From assembly GCF_006345805.1 (NCBI RefSeq), contig NC_042999.1, forward strand, positions 95,542,001-95,606,000: a stretch of DNA of 64,000 bases, written 5' to 3'. Within the stretch, counting starts at the first letter, position 1. Every line of letters starts with the position of its first letter. Below the pieces are notes generated by a model. It was not told where the DNA came from, did no database searches, and saw nothing but the letters and a program-made list of their open reading frames with translations. Shown piece by piece: positions 51,170 through 64,000 of the stretch. This DNA comes from Octopus sinensis. Taxonomy: Eukaryota. Made by a program: the position numbers and the translations under genes.

Positions 51170-54100
51170 AACTGGCCAACAAATTTTTTGTTGCATTCAT
51201 ATCAACACTTGGTATTACCTAATTTGAGTGCATAGATTTCAGATCTGAAGTTGGTTATTTTCTAGATGCTCTAACTTTTTTGCAATCAAAGTATTTAAAA
51301 ATCTCAACATTTTATCTTCATCACATTGACATCATTATCTATCAGGAGAAATATGTGATTAAACTCTTTTTATATTAGCTGGGTAATAAAAAAGAAAATG
51401 CAGAATAGTATAAATTTATTCAAGAACACAATTTGAAACACTTTCCTTGATAGGCAAAGGTTATAGGTTTATATAAAACTGATAAATAAAACATTAGTTA
51501 TGATGAGGAGACAAAGCTCAAGTGCAGTCTATTTATGCAGGAATTTGCACTTGAAGCTCTTGCGTTTGTGGACTGTCTCAGGACAATTTCTCTTAATGCT
51601 CCAGCCATAGTTCTGCCATCATATGTTTACCCATCTCCTTTGGTAATGCTCTTCCATGGTCTTGAGGTCTGATGGAATTGTTTGCTTTCTTTGTCTCTTA
51701 CTGCTCCTAGGTTCACAGGGAATCTATCAAGATGACAGTACAGAAAATGGAGTTTGACACTCATGTTACATCCAAAATTACAAAAAGCTGACAACATTTT
51801 AGCTATGACAGTTTCATAGTTGTCAAACTTTTTATTACTAAGAAAGTTTTCAATTACTGCCATGAATGAAAGCCATGCGGTGCTTCCCTTGCCATTCATC
51901 TATCAGGCAAATCCTTGATTGCATACAAGTGCACTAATCTATGATCCATCAAACACACCTGCCTTGATCTTCTCGAAGGACAAAACAGGGAGAACAGAGA
52001 TTATAGGGTTTGGACAAAATAATGGAAACACCTAGCATCATAGCATCATAATTTTGAAATATCTATAAAACTGTCAAAAGCTTGATTTTTCTTTTTTTTT
52101 AATTATTATTAGTCTTGCTTAATATGTTTTGCTAAAATTGCTGTTTCTTTTCAAATATCATCTGACATTGGTAATTAAAATTAATTAAAATGACAGATCT
52201 ATCAGACTTTCAAAGAAGTCAAATTGTTGGTGCTCATATGGCAGGCACTAGCATAATGAAAATGGCTGAAATGTTTATTGTATCAAGAAGTACTGTCTTG
52301 AAAGTAATGAAAGCCTTTGAGAAAGAGGGGAAAATCTCCTCATTGAACAAAACTCCGGATGAAAACCAAAACTTTCAAATAGGGACTGTTGGACTCTTAC
52401 ACGAATTGTTAGAAAGGATCACAAAATTACAGCTCCCAAAATTACTGCAGAGCTTAATGATCACCTGAAGAACCCAGTTTCCATAAAAACTGTTCACTGG
52501 GACCTGCACAAAGCCAGATTTCACAGGAGGGCTACCATCAGAAAACCACTACTTTCAAAAACAAACATTGCAAAGCATTTAGAGTGGAGTAAAAACCTAC
52601 AGAATTGGTCCATAGAGCAGTGGAAGAATGTTATTTTCTTGGATGAGTCATCCTTTACATTATTTCTAAATACCAGCTAAGTATATGTATGGAGGAAGCC
52701 AAAAGGAGCATTTGACCCAAACTGTCATCTTCCAACTGTTAAACATGGAGCAGGATCTGTGATGATCTGGCAGGGCTATATCTTGGAAATCCACTGGCCC
52801 AATGGTTTCCCTTCATGGTAGAATTAATAGTCAAGACTATTTAAGCATTTTATCTGATCAAATTCATCCAATGGTTGCAGAACTGTTTCCGGAGGGAAAT
52901 GCAATCTTTTAGGATAATAATGCACCAATTCACACTGCTAAAGTTGTTACTGAATGGTACGAGAAACATTCTAGGGAAGTTGAGCACCTTATCTGGCCAC
53001 CACTCCATATTATTGAACATTTATGGTGCATTTTAGAAAAACAAGTAAGGAGTTGATATCCTCCATCATCATCACTACAAGAACTGGAGACTGTTTAAGC
53101 TGAAGAATGGACAAAAATTCCTTTGGAAACAATTCAAAATTTGTATGAGTTCATAACTCATAGAATTCAAGCTGTAATTACTGCCAAAGGCAGTCCTACT
53201 ACATATTAAAATAAATTTGTTTTAAATTTTAAGGTGTTTCCATTATTTTGTCCAATCCCTGTATATGTTAGAAGCATTCATCATCAGTATCTAATGCCTT
53301 GACAAACTGTTTCCTCAAGTCCAGCTTGATGTGGAACGGAGGAAAAATGATCTTTTCTCTAGTGTTTCATGTATTGGCCACTCCTTCTGGTTCCATTGCT
53401 TCTCTCAGCTTAGCTGTCCCACATGTAAAGATAGCAGGGATACTTTGTATATCCTTTTTGTTGAACTAGGAGGAAATTAGCCATTTGGAGGTCCATACAA
53501 ATTATCCAGTGGTGCTTGTGGTATTCTAGTAGGTCAGTCACAGTTTTAATGTCATTATGCACCTTTCATAAATATACAGAATGACCAACTAGAACAGCTG
53601 CATAGACATTGCCATTATGCAGTAGAACACACTTCAGGCTGCACTTTGAACTATCTAGAAATAATTGCCAATTACTTGGATTGTTCAATAAAATCCCTAA
53701 TGTCTGAAGAAGATCTGAAATCATATGACAATAAATAAACTTATTCTCCTCTGTAAAAAATGACACAAAACCTGCTCTTGGTTTTGGAAGTATGAAGCTT
53801 TTGTTGTATGACTCAGTAGACTCTTTTCTTGCAGCCTGGAGGTTAACACTTCAGTTGCCTTTTTGGAGTGATCTGAATCATACACAAGGTCATTCAGCTC
53901 AGGCTGGCTATGCTGCTGAGTTGATGACTCAAGGATGTCATTAGAAGGATAATTAGATTCTGAAAGTATTTCTTGACTTTCATCATCAGTCCCTTGCTCT
54001 TGGTTGCTATCCACATTGTCAGATGGAGAAAATCTTTTAAAACCTGGAAGTGGTTGCTTGTCAGAGTGCAGAGTAGGTCAAATTGCTGAGGGAGTACTAG

Positions 54101-54686
54101 GACATGAAATTTTTTTTGTCTATTTTTCTTGCCAATACCTATTGTATTGACAAGACAAAAATAGCAGTCATTTGTGTGGTCTTTCGGTTCTTGCCAGGTT
54201 ATGGGAATTTTGAAAGGTAAACCCTTATGTTACCTTTTTGTCCAGTCATGCAGTATTTCCTCGCAGTTATGACACACAATACATGGAGTCCATTTTTTGT
54301 TTTGGTCACCAAGAATAAGTCCAAAGCACACTTTATAAGTATGCCTCACAAATGGTATTATATTGTGCCTTTGATGAATAAGCATGAAGCATCCACAAAT
54401 GTAACAGAAAGCATCCAGCTTGTTGGTACATTGATGTCTCTTTGTAGTCATGATCAGATCTGAAAGGGAAAGAAAATAATTTTAATGTCTCTGTTGATAA
54501 CATAAACGTCTAAGTAATTAAAATGACTGCAAATGGCCAGAATGCAGAACTTAAATTTGCATGAAAACTAGAGCATGTAGAATATAATCATTTTTAGATT
54601 TGAATTTAGCAGGTTAAAAAACAGTAAGAATTAGTAAAAAAAATCTTATGCAACTGAGATTTTGAAAAAAAATCTGTTGTCTTGTG
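51170..54686 (-). mobile_element. Chapaev3-like (CMC superfamily) DNA transposon, decayed, interrupted by Tc1
   Basis: N-terminal CTNKLDAFCYICG...FGLILGDQNKKWTPCIVCHNC; FLDSSKCSLKCVLLHNGN; FHIKLDLRKQFVKAL; KIKAGVFDG; AWLSF...NFLSN...GCNMSVKLHFLYCHLDRFPVNLGAV. Imperfect TIRs (aactggccaacaaatttttt at 51170; reverse complement cacaagacaacagatttttt at 54686). The family name is from recall of these motifs. Confidence 0.75.
52004..53261 (+). mobile_element. Full-length decayed Tc1 (DD34E) transposon with TA target duplication
   Basis: TIRs tagggtttggacaaaataatggaaacacct / aggtgtttccattattttgtccaatccctg, TA at 52002-52003 and 53262-53263. Transposase from 52190: MTDLSDFQRSQIVG..., VIFLDESSF, KHGAGSVMIW, DNNAPIH, IIEHLW, AVITAKG. 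Confidence 0.95.
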
Positions 54687-55069
54687 TTATTAATATTCTC
54701 TTTTCTTTCTCAATAAATTGTAGACATCTTAAAATTCATATAGTTGCCTTGATAAAATATGAAGAAATCTTAACATCTATCTTAATGTTTATGTACATAC
54801 AAAAGTTGACAATTGAAGGTCAACATTTCAGAGCTAAATTTTTGAAATTATTCTCTGTACATGAATCACTTATTATGCTTCCATCCCCTTTTCGGTTAAT
54901 TTCAATCTTATTTTAAAGTTCTAGATTCATAGTTTGGGGAGGAACACACTTTGAAAGAATTCTAACTACTCAGTTGCTAGGAAATTTGCTGAACTGATAT
55001 GAGCTAATGGTTATAGTATTGTTTCATTAAATATTTGGAATAATCTATCATTTGAATCTTTTTCAATTC

Positions 55070-55071
<2 letters not shown>

Positions 55072-55121
<50 letters not shown>

Positions 55122-55125
55122 TGAG
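55072..55125. repeat. (GT)n(GCGT)n microsatellite
   Basis: Direct inspection. Confidence 0.95.
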
Positions 55126-57740
55126 CATGAGAGAGGGGAAGGGAGTGGGGAGAGAGGATCTCTTTCACCAGAAAAGAGAAAGATTGAGTGAGAAGCTACT
55201 AAAACTGTACAAGGACCCTAATGTAAAGTAATGTGCAAAGTGGAAATTAAGATATATTGATAGGGCTTTCATTAGTCAAGATTGACCATAGATTTGCATG
55301 TATATGTACTGCCCTAGGCAAGATTTTTTCAGAAGATTAGAGCTTTTCATGCATTCAAGTTTTCCCTCTTCAAGCCACTAATGTTATCTAAGTTAAAGGT
55401 CACTGACTTGGGCTAATACAAGTTGGCACCAGTAACATCACTATTGACACTGTCAAATGCAAAGAACCAGAAAAGATACTGCAAGGCATCTTGACCAGCA
55501 AATCGTTCCACTAATCTGCTACTCTAGAATGGGGCTTTTTTTTTCTTTAAAACGTAGAGAAGTAAAGTTGACCTTGACAGAATTTGAATTCAGATTGCAG
55601 GGAGAAGAAATAGAGCAAGGCATTCTCTCCAATGCTCTAATCATGCTTCCCATTTGTTGCCTTTATCTTAGCAAACTAATCCTTTTATCTTGCACAGATG
55701 ATGTATTGATTATAAGAAAAAGTAACCAGCATTAAGAATTTGTATATTAGCCAATAACAGTTAATATCTGCTTTGCATAAATACCAAATCATTTTATACA
55801 TTGATTATATTCAAACAATGCAAAAATAATTTGCTAATTATTTACAGTTGAAGTTTTTTAATAACATTTACTTTTTTTCCTGATTTAAATTAATGTATCA
55901 CATGAAGGAAATGTAATAATTTATATTCTGAATTTATGTATTTGCAAACAGAAGTTAAAATTTAACCATATGCTACAAATGATTATAGCTTATTAGAACA
56001 TTATTTAATAAAAATTACAAAAAGAAAAAGAAAAATACTTTAAAGTGAGACAAAAATTTAATAAAACATTTTAGAAGTTTTAGTTAAATTTTCATCTATG
56101 AGATTTAAAATTTTACTTTTCTTCTTGTTTCTTGCTAATTTTGGTTATGGAAAGTGGACATTTCAGTTGCAGATCAATATATATGGAAACCTAATTAGCA
56201 TTTTTAGACATGTTTGCTAATATTACCTATGTATTAATCATTACTTACTCACAAAAGATTTATTGAAATAATGATATTAGACATTAAAAAAACATCTAAT
56301 AAGAATGACATGCCCATTGACAGGACTCTCATAATATATATATTGCTTACCAGGCAACTACATTACTAATCACAGCAAAGTACATGTCATTCATTGCGAT
56401 TTCAGTTTTGCCATTCAATCTATTATTCTTTTTCTATCCCAGTTTGATGTTTTTAATGTATCATATCATTTAACTTAGCCATTAAATCTATTATTTATTC
56501 AAATTAATATAATATCTATCTTAGACTATCCTCACACCAATTCATAATTTCACAACTCTTTTAAAAACAATATTCTCACAATAATATTTTACCTATCTTG
56601 CATAATATGTATATTTTTCTAAGCTTTCAATGGTATTTTCAGTACTTTGAATATGAAGGATTTTTTTTTTTTGGCATTTTCTTTCTTAGTAACTTCTATA
56701 AGTTCTCTGTATTCATCTACTTTACTTTTTGTACATTATTTTGTCAAAATTTTATCTTTTTCAAAGGCTTAACATTTATGCCAATGATTAGATTCTCTAA
56801 ATGATATTGATTTTTACTCTAACCGCTCCTTTAAAATTACAGATTTTTTTATTTATAATCAATCTGCTCAAGATTATGTTATATCTCCTGCGTATTGATT
56901 GGTTATACTACATACTAAGAATATATAATCTTACCTTCACATTCTGTTTTGAATAATTTTATGGATCCCAGTTATTTCTTTATGGTTTAATCTTTAATTA
57001 GCTCTTTATTTTTCTCAGAGCTAAATACTTTCTCAGGTTTCCAACTCATTGAAATCTTTAACTGATTATACTTTATTTAAACTAAGACTTCTTTTTACTG
57101 AAATTCAAGTCATATATTTTAGAATTTAAACTTCAAGCAAATCCATTTCCTTTCTTATTGCATACCTGATGAGGACAATCATTAGGATGCCAATCAAGCT
57201 ATTTGTAAAGTCAAGGACTACTCTAACCCTTTGTCTTCAGTATTGCAGTAAGGCTTCAAAAATATAGAATCCTTCATCAATTTGTTTTGTATACCTATTG
57301 AATTTGCACTGGATGATTTTTGTTACCCAGAACAATATTTGAAGAAAATCAAATTTAAAGTTTAAATCAAAGTCATTTTGATAACAATGACAAAATCTTT
57401 AAAAATATTACCATGTTTTTGCACATTTTTCATAAATGAAACCTGCTGACAAACATTTTTGCTATATTTGGCAATCATGCTATGGTTTAAGTTTTTCATA
57501 TGAAATGCCACATCATCTCTTTTGAAACACTTAAATTGATATTTTCAAATGAGATTAAAAAAATAATTCAACTGGAGGTAAGATTTGAAATGTCAAACAA
57601 CTAATTTATTTAGATGTGTAACTGTTCATTAAGATATGAGTATACCATTGACTTGAACAAAAATGCAAAAGAATCAGTAGTTTATTTTATCGTAAGAAAT
57701 AAAATATAATCAAAATTTTAAATATTTTTTTTCTTTTTAG

Positions 57741-57862
57741 GAACTATTATTTGCCCTGCCACAGATTGTTTTGTGCACTGGCGAGATCCTTGGTATGACT
57801 GTGAGTGGGGTCTCAATTTCACGTCAGCTCCGGATGCACGGAAATTTAGGGACTGTTGTTCA
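57741..57862 (+). CDS. sif: Next coding exon of the still life homolog, second half of EVH1/WH1-like domain
   Basis: ttttttAG|GA ACT ATT... to ...TGT TCA|GTAAGT; 122 nt, phase 1 to 0, in frame with 46386-46567. Translation (G)TIICPATDCFVHWRDPWYDCEWGLNFTSAPDARKFRDCCS versus recalled SIF GTRIGQASECFVYWKDPMTNDTWGLNFTSPIDAKQFRECCS. Confidence 0.93.
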
Positions 57863-59634
57863 GTAAGTAAATGCATAAAATATTTTCTGATAATTTCATA
57901 CATTCACTTTTCCACGGTACCTCTTGCTTTCTCTTTTCTTCTCACTATGTACTTGTAGCTGCACATTTACTCATTATGTTTTCTGTTCCTTTAGTCTTGT
58001 ATTTCAATATTCATAATCCTCATAGGTTACATCATTCTACTTAGATGTATTTACAAGATATGTCCCAAGATCTTTGGGCCAGTATAACAAAAATTAAACA
58101 ACCCTCAATAATTTTTTGAATTGTTTACATTTTAATGGGATTTTTTAAAAATTATATATTTTGAAGAAATACTTTCTAGAGTATATTTTCTACAATTTTG
58201 GATCTCAGCAACTCAGTATGTCATAAAATCAAGAGAAAAAATAATCTGTATTTCATCTGCTAGAATAGTTAAATGAGACGAGTTTTGTGCACTATAAACA
58301 TAAAAAAAGTAATTTACTGGATTCTCATAGACAACTGGGGTCTTTTCTTTTTTTTATGACTTTTTAGCTTTATCAGTTAACAAAGTCTTCTGGATTATAA
58401 AATTTCTGCTTCAAATTTTCCATGTCAAAATAAGTGGGATGATTCTGAAAATTTAATTATTTTCTTGAATTATTGAAAAAGGTGCTTTACTAATATCACT
58501 AGGTTAATTCAAAAGAAGAAAACAATTCCCTGTTTAATAATAGGATTTGAATTCTTGATAATCAACATGTGTTTCTAGAATGATAGATCTCAATGACACT
58601 ATGTAGTAGAATGATGAAACAAAAGGCTTAGTATGGTATCAAGAACTTTTGTCATTACATCACTTGTACAACCAATATACTTTAACCTCTATGACTCACT
58701 CCATTAATAGCATTTTTCTAAAAGAAGATAAAGCTAACTATGTAAACCAGAAAAAATGCAGAATAAGAGAAACTTGAGAAGCATTAATGAATCAACTATA
58801 ATTTTTAAAAGCTGACACCAAACTTAATAATAGATAAATAATAAACTGAATAGCTTTAACAATAGATAAAGCAGAAGAATGTATATAACATTAATCAGCT
58901 ATAACCATTGGGTTACTTATAGTTACATATATTTACACTTGATATATGAAGTAAGTTGTTATTTAAACTAGAAAGAATATAGGAAAATTTTTCAGTTTCA
59001 CTTAAAATTCTAAGCAGAAATTATTTGTTCTTAGAAATTAACATTAAACATATAAGAAGATAATTTAGTTGTTTTTCTAAGCTCAATAAATAGCAGCTTA
59101 AAATGTCAAACAATGTGTGTACATGATTGTACACATGCACATACACATACATGTACCATCATTATTTATTTTGGTGCAAAGGAAATCAATAGTTTTCACA
59201 ATGCAAAAATCATTATTTATTTAACTGCTTCCTTTGCAATAAAATAAGAGCCAATTTCTAAATACATTGTCAAAGCTCTTTTGTTGAAGATTATATAGTG
59301 AGTATATATATTTTTCTTATGTATAAATAACATATTATATAAGTAAGTTGCATCAGTGTGCAAGACCTGTTATTCTTTTTGCTGTCCTTCAAAACAACAC
59401 CAGCTCTGTTGCATTTACTTAAGATTTATCTCTATCTTTCACTAACACTCTGTTTTCAAAAAGGAAAATATTAAATAAAGATTCATTTAGTATGTAAGGT
59501 GCTTCAGTCCTTCTAGTGTTCAAGTCTTCTCTGCTGTAGTGATTGCCTCATGAAAAAGTTATATTGTTTTCTGCAAGGCAGTTATTTCAGCAGTGAATAT
59601 TACAATACTAAAGGTTATTTTGAGACAATTAATT

Positions 59635-59960
59635 ATCATCATCGTCATCATCGTTTAGCATCCATTTTCCATGCTGGTATGGGTTTGACAGTTCAACTGG
59701 GTCTTGGAAGCCAGGAGGCTGCACCAGGCCCCAATCTGATCTAGCAGTGTTTCTACAGCTGGATGCCCTTCCTAACGCCAACCACTCTGAGAGTGTAATG
59801 GGTGCTTCTTACATTCCACTGGCACAGGGGTCAGAGGATCCGGCATCGACCACGATTGGATGGTGCTTTTATGTGCCACTAGCATGGAAGCCAGTCAAAG
59901 TGGCACTGGCATCGGCCATGTTTGGATGGTGCTTTTTATGTGCTACTGGCACGGGGCTCA
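59635..59960 (-). mobile_element. RTE-tail element
   Basis: catcatcgtttagcatccattttccatgctggtatggg...ctacagctggatgcccttcctaacgccaaccactctgagagtgtaatggg, plus three ggtgctttttatgtgcc modules. Confidence 0.9.
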
Positions 59961-60946
59961 CAACTACAATTTCCATTTGATTTGATTTTGATATTGCAGT
60001 TGATGTTGATGTCCTTGACTCAATAAGAATGTTTTGTGCTCTTTGTCAATATAAACATATTACCACCTGTTGAAAATTTCACTGCTATTGGGAATAATGA
60101 GGCTAATGTAAATTACCTTGATTTATGTTGGCAAAGATTTGCTGTTTTAATATTCTGTTTATAAGTTAGTATGATGAGGAAAGTTCCCATGACCATTACA
60201 GACCTTCACAGATATCTGTAGGAAAAACATGGGCAGGAAGAGATCTATAGTTTTATGAAATGCTTGCAACAGAATGTATTCTGCTAAAGCCACTGAGGAC
60301 TGAGTGAGAACCAGATGGCATGTATTCCCACTCACAAAGTATGTCTACAATTATGGTGTATTATTGTGGTAACAACTCAGAGAGGTTGCTCAACTAGAGA
60401 GAAAGGAGAGATAAATTTGAACAAAAATACCCACTCACCTTTACATTGTATTCAAAATAACTTTTGGGAATGAAAAAAGCTATATATATAATGCTATAGT
60501 GTATGGTTAAGTATAAATGCTAACCATGTATTTGTACAATCTTTATTTTCTTTGTTGTTATTGAAAACCTTTTACTTTTTAGCATTTTCTCAGTCTTGTA
60601 ATAATCATTAGATTTTAATAAGTCCTAAAAGACTAATCCCATGCCTGAAATCATTATTCATAAATTACAATACATCAAAAGTCAAATGTGTGCTGTCTAC
60701 ATAAGCTGTTTGTGCTTCATTCTCTTTAAACATATTATAGGAAACCAGGAACTATTTAGTAAAATATAGAACTGTTTGTAATTTATAGATTGCATAGTGG
60801 AAATCTAAGTGATGAAAACTGAAGAACCAGACAAGTTACATTGGTTGTAAATATTCAATTGGCTGGATTTAATCCTTACTGCTAATATTCGTTTGTTTAT
60901 AAAGATTTTCATGGAAGGAATAAGCAGGGATAACCTTGAGTTTAGT

Positions 60947-60949
<3 letters not shown>

Positions 60950-60977
<28 letters not shown>

Positions 60978-61005
60978 CTGTGTGTGTGTGTGTGTGTGTG
61001 TGTGC

Positions 61006-61036
<31 letters not shown>
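60950..61036. repeat. (TA)n(TG)n(TA)n microsatellite
   Basis: Direct inspection. Confidence 0.95.
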
Positions 61037-61039
<3 letters not shown>

Positions 61040-61350
61040 CTAGTAGTTAGTGTCAGGCTCACAAGCATGAGGAGATTGATTCCCAGACCAGGTTGTCTGT
61101 TGTGTTCTTGAACAAGACGTGTTATTTCACGTTACTCCAGTTCACTCAGCTGTAAAAATGGGTTGCAATGTCACTAGTGCCAAGCTATATCAGCCTTTGC
61201 CTTTCTCTTGGATAATATCAGTGGTGTGGAGAAGGGAGGCTGTTATTCATGGGAGACTGCTGGTCTTCCATGATGACCTTGCCCAGACTTGTGTCTTGGA
61301 GTGGAACTTTCTAGATGTAATCCTATGGTCATTAATGACCAAAAGGGTTC
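61040..61350 (+). mobile_element. tRNA-derived SINE with CORE-like domain, near full length
   Basis: tagtagttagtgtcaggctcacaagcatgagg...gattcccagacc, then gtgttcttgaacaagac...ccagttcactcagctgtaaaaatggg (cf. CORE cttgggcaag...cagtttc...ctgtaaaatg); flanked by (TA)n. Confidence 0.75.
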
Positions 61351-62054
61351 TATATATATAAATATATATATATAGATATATGATATTTTTAAAGATTTTT
61401 CTTGCTCTAAATCATTAGTTCAGTTGGCTCAACTAATGTTTGCTTGCAGTATGCTTGGTTAAACCCTTTCTTTTCTAAATAATATCTCAGCACTAATTGG
61501 TGTTGGTTTGTTATGTAAATTCAATTCTAAGAATTTAGATTGCTCCTGTTTCAAGTTAGATGGTGTCTTATTTCATTTATCTAGCATATGTTTATTAACT
61601 AAGTAGAATGCATTCTATAAGTAATATATATGTTGCTTAAATGTATAAAAACCTATGCAGTAGTTTCTACATTAAGTTTCTAAAATTCCTTAATGGAAAT
61701 TTGATACACAAAGCAAAATGTTTTTGTTTCATTTAACCATCTTGGAGGCTGGGGTTCTGTTGTAATATATTTTATGAGAAATTTAATTTGAATTCATATG
61801 TGTAGCCTTTTATCCATCTTTCTTTCATTTTTTAAAATTGCAATTCAATTTTATTGGTTGGTCTTGGTGTTTCTCTATAGAAACTGCCAGATTAATTCTC
61901 CTATTATGTTTCTTTGTTTCTCCTCCAATTATAACTTAGATTTTCTTAAGCAACATCACTATGATATTTATACACTGTTTCCTTCATAAATGCTTGATAA
62001 CTTTAGTTTTGTTATTTTTTAAATGTGAAATCTCACATTTTCATAAGCTTTTCA

Positions 62055-64000
62055 CAGTATGAGATTAAATCATTCCATGACAGCTCATTTTATGATTTAC
62101 ACATTTTACAAATCAATTTTCCCCATTGAAATTAATTAAAATATGATTAATCCGTTCCAGCCTCACAAAACCACCCAGAAATAATTTTTTAGGAGTTTTA
62201 AAACAGAAAAGTTGCAGTTACAAGGAAAATGACAATTATAAAAACATAATAAAAGAGAATGTAAAAAGAAATATGTAAACTGGTTTTATTACTTAAATTA
62301 CCTTAAAGACGGGACAATTTGTGCACGAGAAAGACGATGGAGTGGGGAGGAGGAGGATTATTGTTTGGAAGGAGAATCTCCTTCCATTAAGACATCAGGA
62401 AGAACAATTTCTGATATTTTCTCATTTAATTTAGGCTTTTTGGACATACTTTCTTCACTTTTCACACTTGCAAGTCATTTCAAGAGAAGTCTGATTTTTC
62501 CTGCCTTTCAAAATGTTACGAAAATGCACCAAGGCAGTGTCATTAAATAAAGCAGCTGCATAACCTTAAGATACTTTTACAGGATGAGATTTTTCTATAA
62601 ATTCTATCTCCTCAACTACAGGTGTATCAGACTCAAACCCCTCAAAGTCCCTTTTGGATATGCAGTTAGGTCACAGTTTCCTCCACGCAGAATTCAGTGT
62701 TCTCATGACACCCTGTCAGGCTATAATGATGATTTTGAGGCAGTTAATGTTGTAGTGCTTCTTTCAAAACTAACAACGGGTTAGATTTGTATTTTCGGTG
62801 ACTTCAAAGTATCAACAAAACAGGTGTTTGGTGTACAATTTCTTAAAATTAGAAATCACTTGTTGGTCTCTGAACTGCAAGACAGGAGTAGTGTTGTGTG
62901 AAAGAAATAACACTTTTATGAATGTAAATTTGTCCAGGATATCATCTTCGAAGTTAGGAGGGTGTGCAGGAGCATTGTTGAGGATGAGGAGAGCCTTGAG
63001 AGGCAGATCGTTCTCCAGAATGTACTTTTTCACTGCTGATCTGAAGATAAGGTTGGTCGACTTGGTGAAGAATTGACTAGTGATCCAGGCTTTAACATTT
63101 GCCCTCCACATGACCTGCAGTTTCTCCTTCAGGATTTTCTGTGACTTGAACATTTGTGGGTTTTCGGCATGGTAGACAAAGAGCTGCTTAATCTTCAAGT
63201 CTTCACTGGTATTGGCACAAAGGGTGAGAGTTCACCTATCTTTCATAGGCTTGTGGCCTGGCATTTTCTTCTCTTCTGCATTATATAGGTTCTTCTGAGC
63301 ATTTTTTCCAGAAAACGCCAGCTTCATCACAGCTGAATACCTGCTGTGTGATGTACCCCTTAGCTGTGATGAGCTGATGGAATTCACACATGAAACCCTC
63401 AGCTGCTTTCAAGTCAGAACTTGATGCTTCTCCATACTTGTGATACTATGAATACCAGTCCACTTCTTGAAATTATCGAAGCAGCCACAGCTAGCCTTAA
63501 ATATGTCTGCTGATGTCTTCTCCATTGATATTCCTGGGTTCGCTTCAGGAGATCCCCATACAGCACTTGTGTTTTCTCACAGATTATGGTCTCCGTAATT
63601 GTATCTCCTGTGAGCTGCTTCTTGTTGATCCACAGGAGAAGCAATTTTTCCATCTCTACATGGACAGATGTACGTTGCCTGAAGAGCCTGGAGAAACCTT
63701 TGCTGTTGTAATGGCCTTGATCTTGTCCTTTCTCTTCAGGGTGGTTGATGTTTTTCAGTCGTATTGATGTGCTATGTCCACTACATGCACTCCTCTCTCA
63801 TGTTTACCAATGATTTCCTTCTTCATTTCCGTCATAATCAGCATTTTCTTCTTCACAGCACTGTCCTTTGCATTAACTTTCTTAGGACACATGGCTAACA
63901 CATGTAATTATTATAAAATAATAGCAAAAAATGCACAAAACTAAGAATAACACTTAGAAAACACAACAGAGATGCTACTACAACAAGATAAACGTAAACT
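62055..64000 (-). mobile_element. Tigger/pogo DNA transposon, decayed, 5' end beyond window
   Basis: ATG at 63892: MCPKKVNAK...MKKEIIGKHERG; MEKLLLLWINKKQLTGDTITETIICEK (CENP-B HTH); WRANVKAWIT, ALLILNNAPAHP, NTTPVLQFRDQQVISNFKKLY (DDE_1). Confidence 0.92.

Overview
AT-rich eukaryotic (animal) DNA with a repeat landscape that looks like a cephalopod, most likely Octopus; this assignment comes from recalled repeat families, not a search. Only two host coding exons are recognisable, 46386-46567 and 57741-57862 (+ strand, gt-ag, phases compatible). They encode the N-terminal EVH1/WH1-like domain of a still life (SIF type 1, TIAM1/2-family Rac GEF) homolog, so the window is essentially intron. 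The rest is microsatellites, one 100-N gap and decayed transposable elements: RTE LINEs and many copies of their (GAT)n tail, CR1-like, R4/Dong-like and Penelope (GIY-YIG) retroelements, tRNA-derived SINEs, two mariners, two Tc1 copies, a Chapaev3-like element with a Tc1 nested precisely inside it, a Tigger/pogo element, a MITE and a non-autonomous Helitron. Three observations stand out. (1) A ~620-bp element (33405-34025) has ~175-bp inverted arms that each carry a minimal Penelope-type hammerhead ribozyme motif, with a tRNA-derived Pol III head pointing into one of them. (2) A further hammerhead-like motif with a very long stem II lies at 50439-50532. (3) A Helitron with intact termini carries what looks like a captured LINE ORF1 5' fragment (39082-40626). 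No prokaryotic genes or CRISPR arrays are present.
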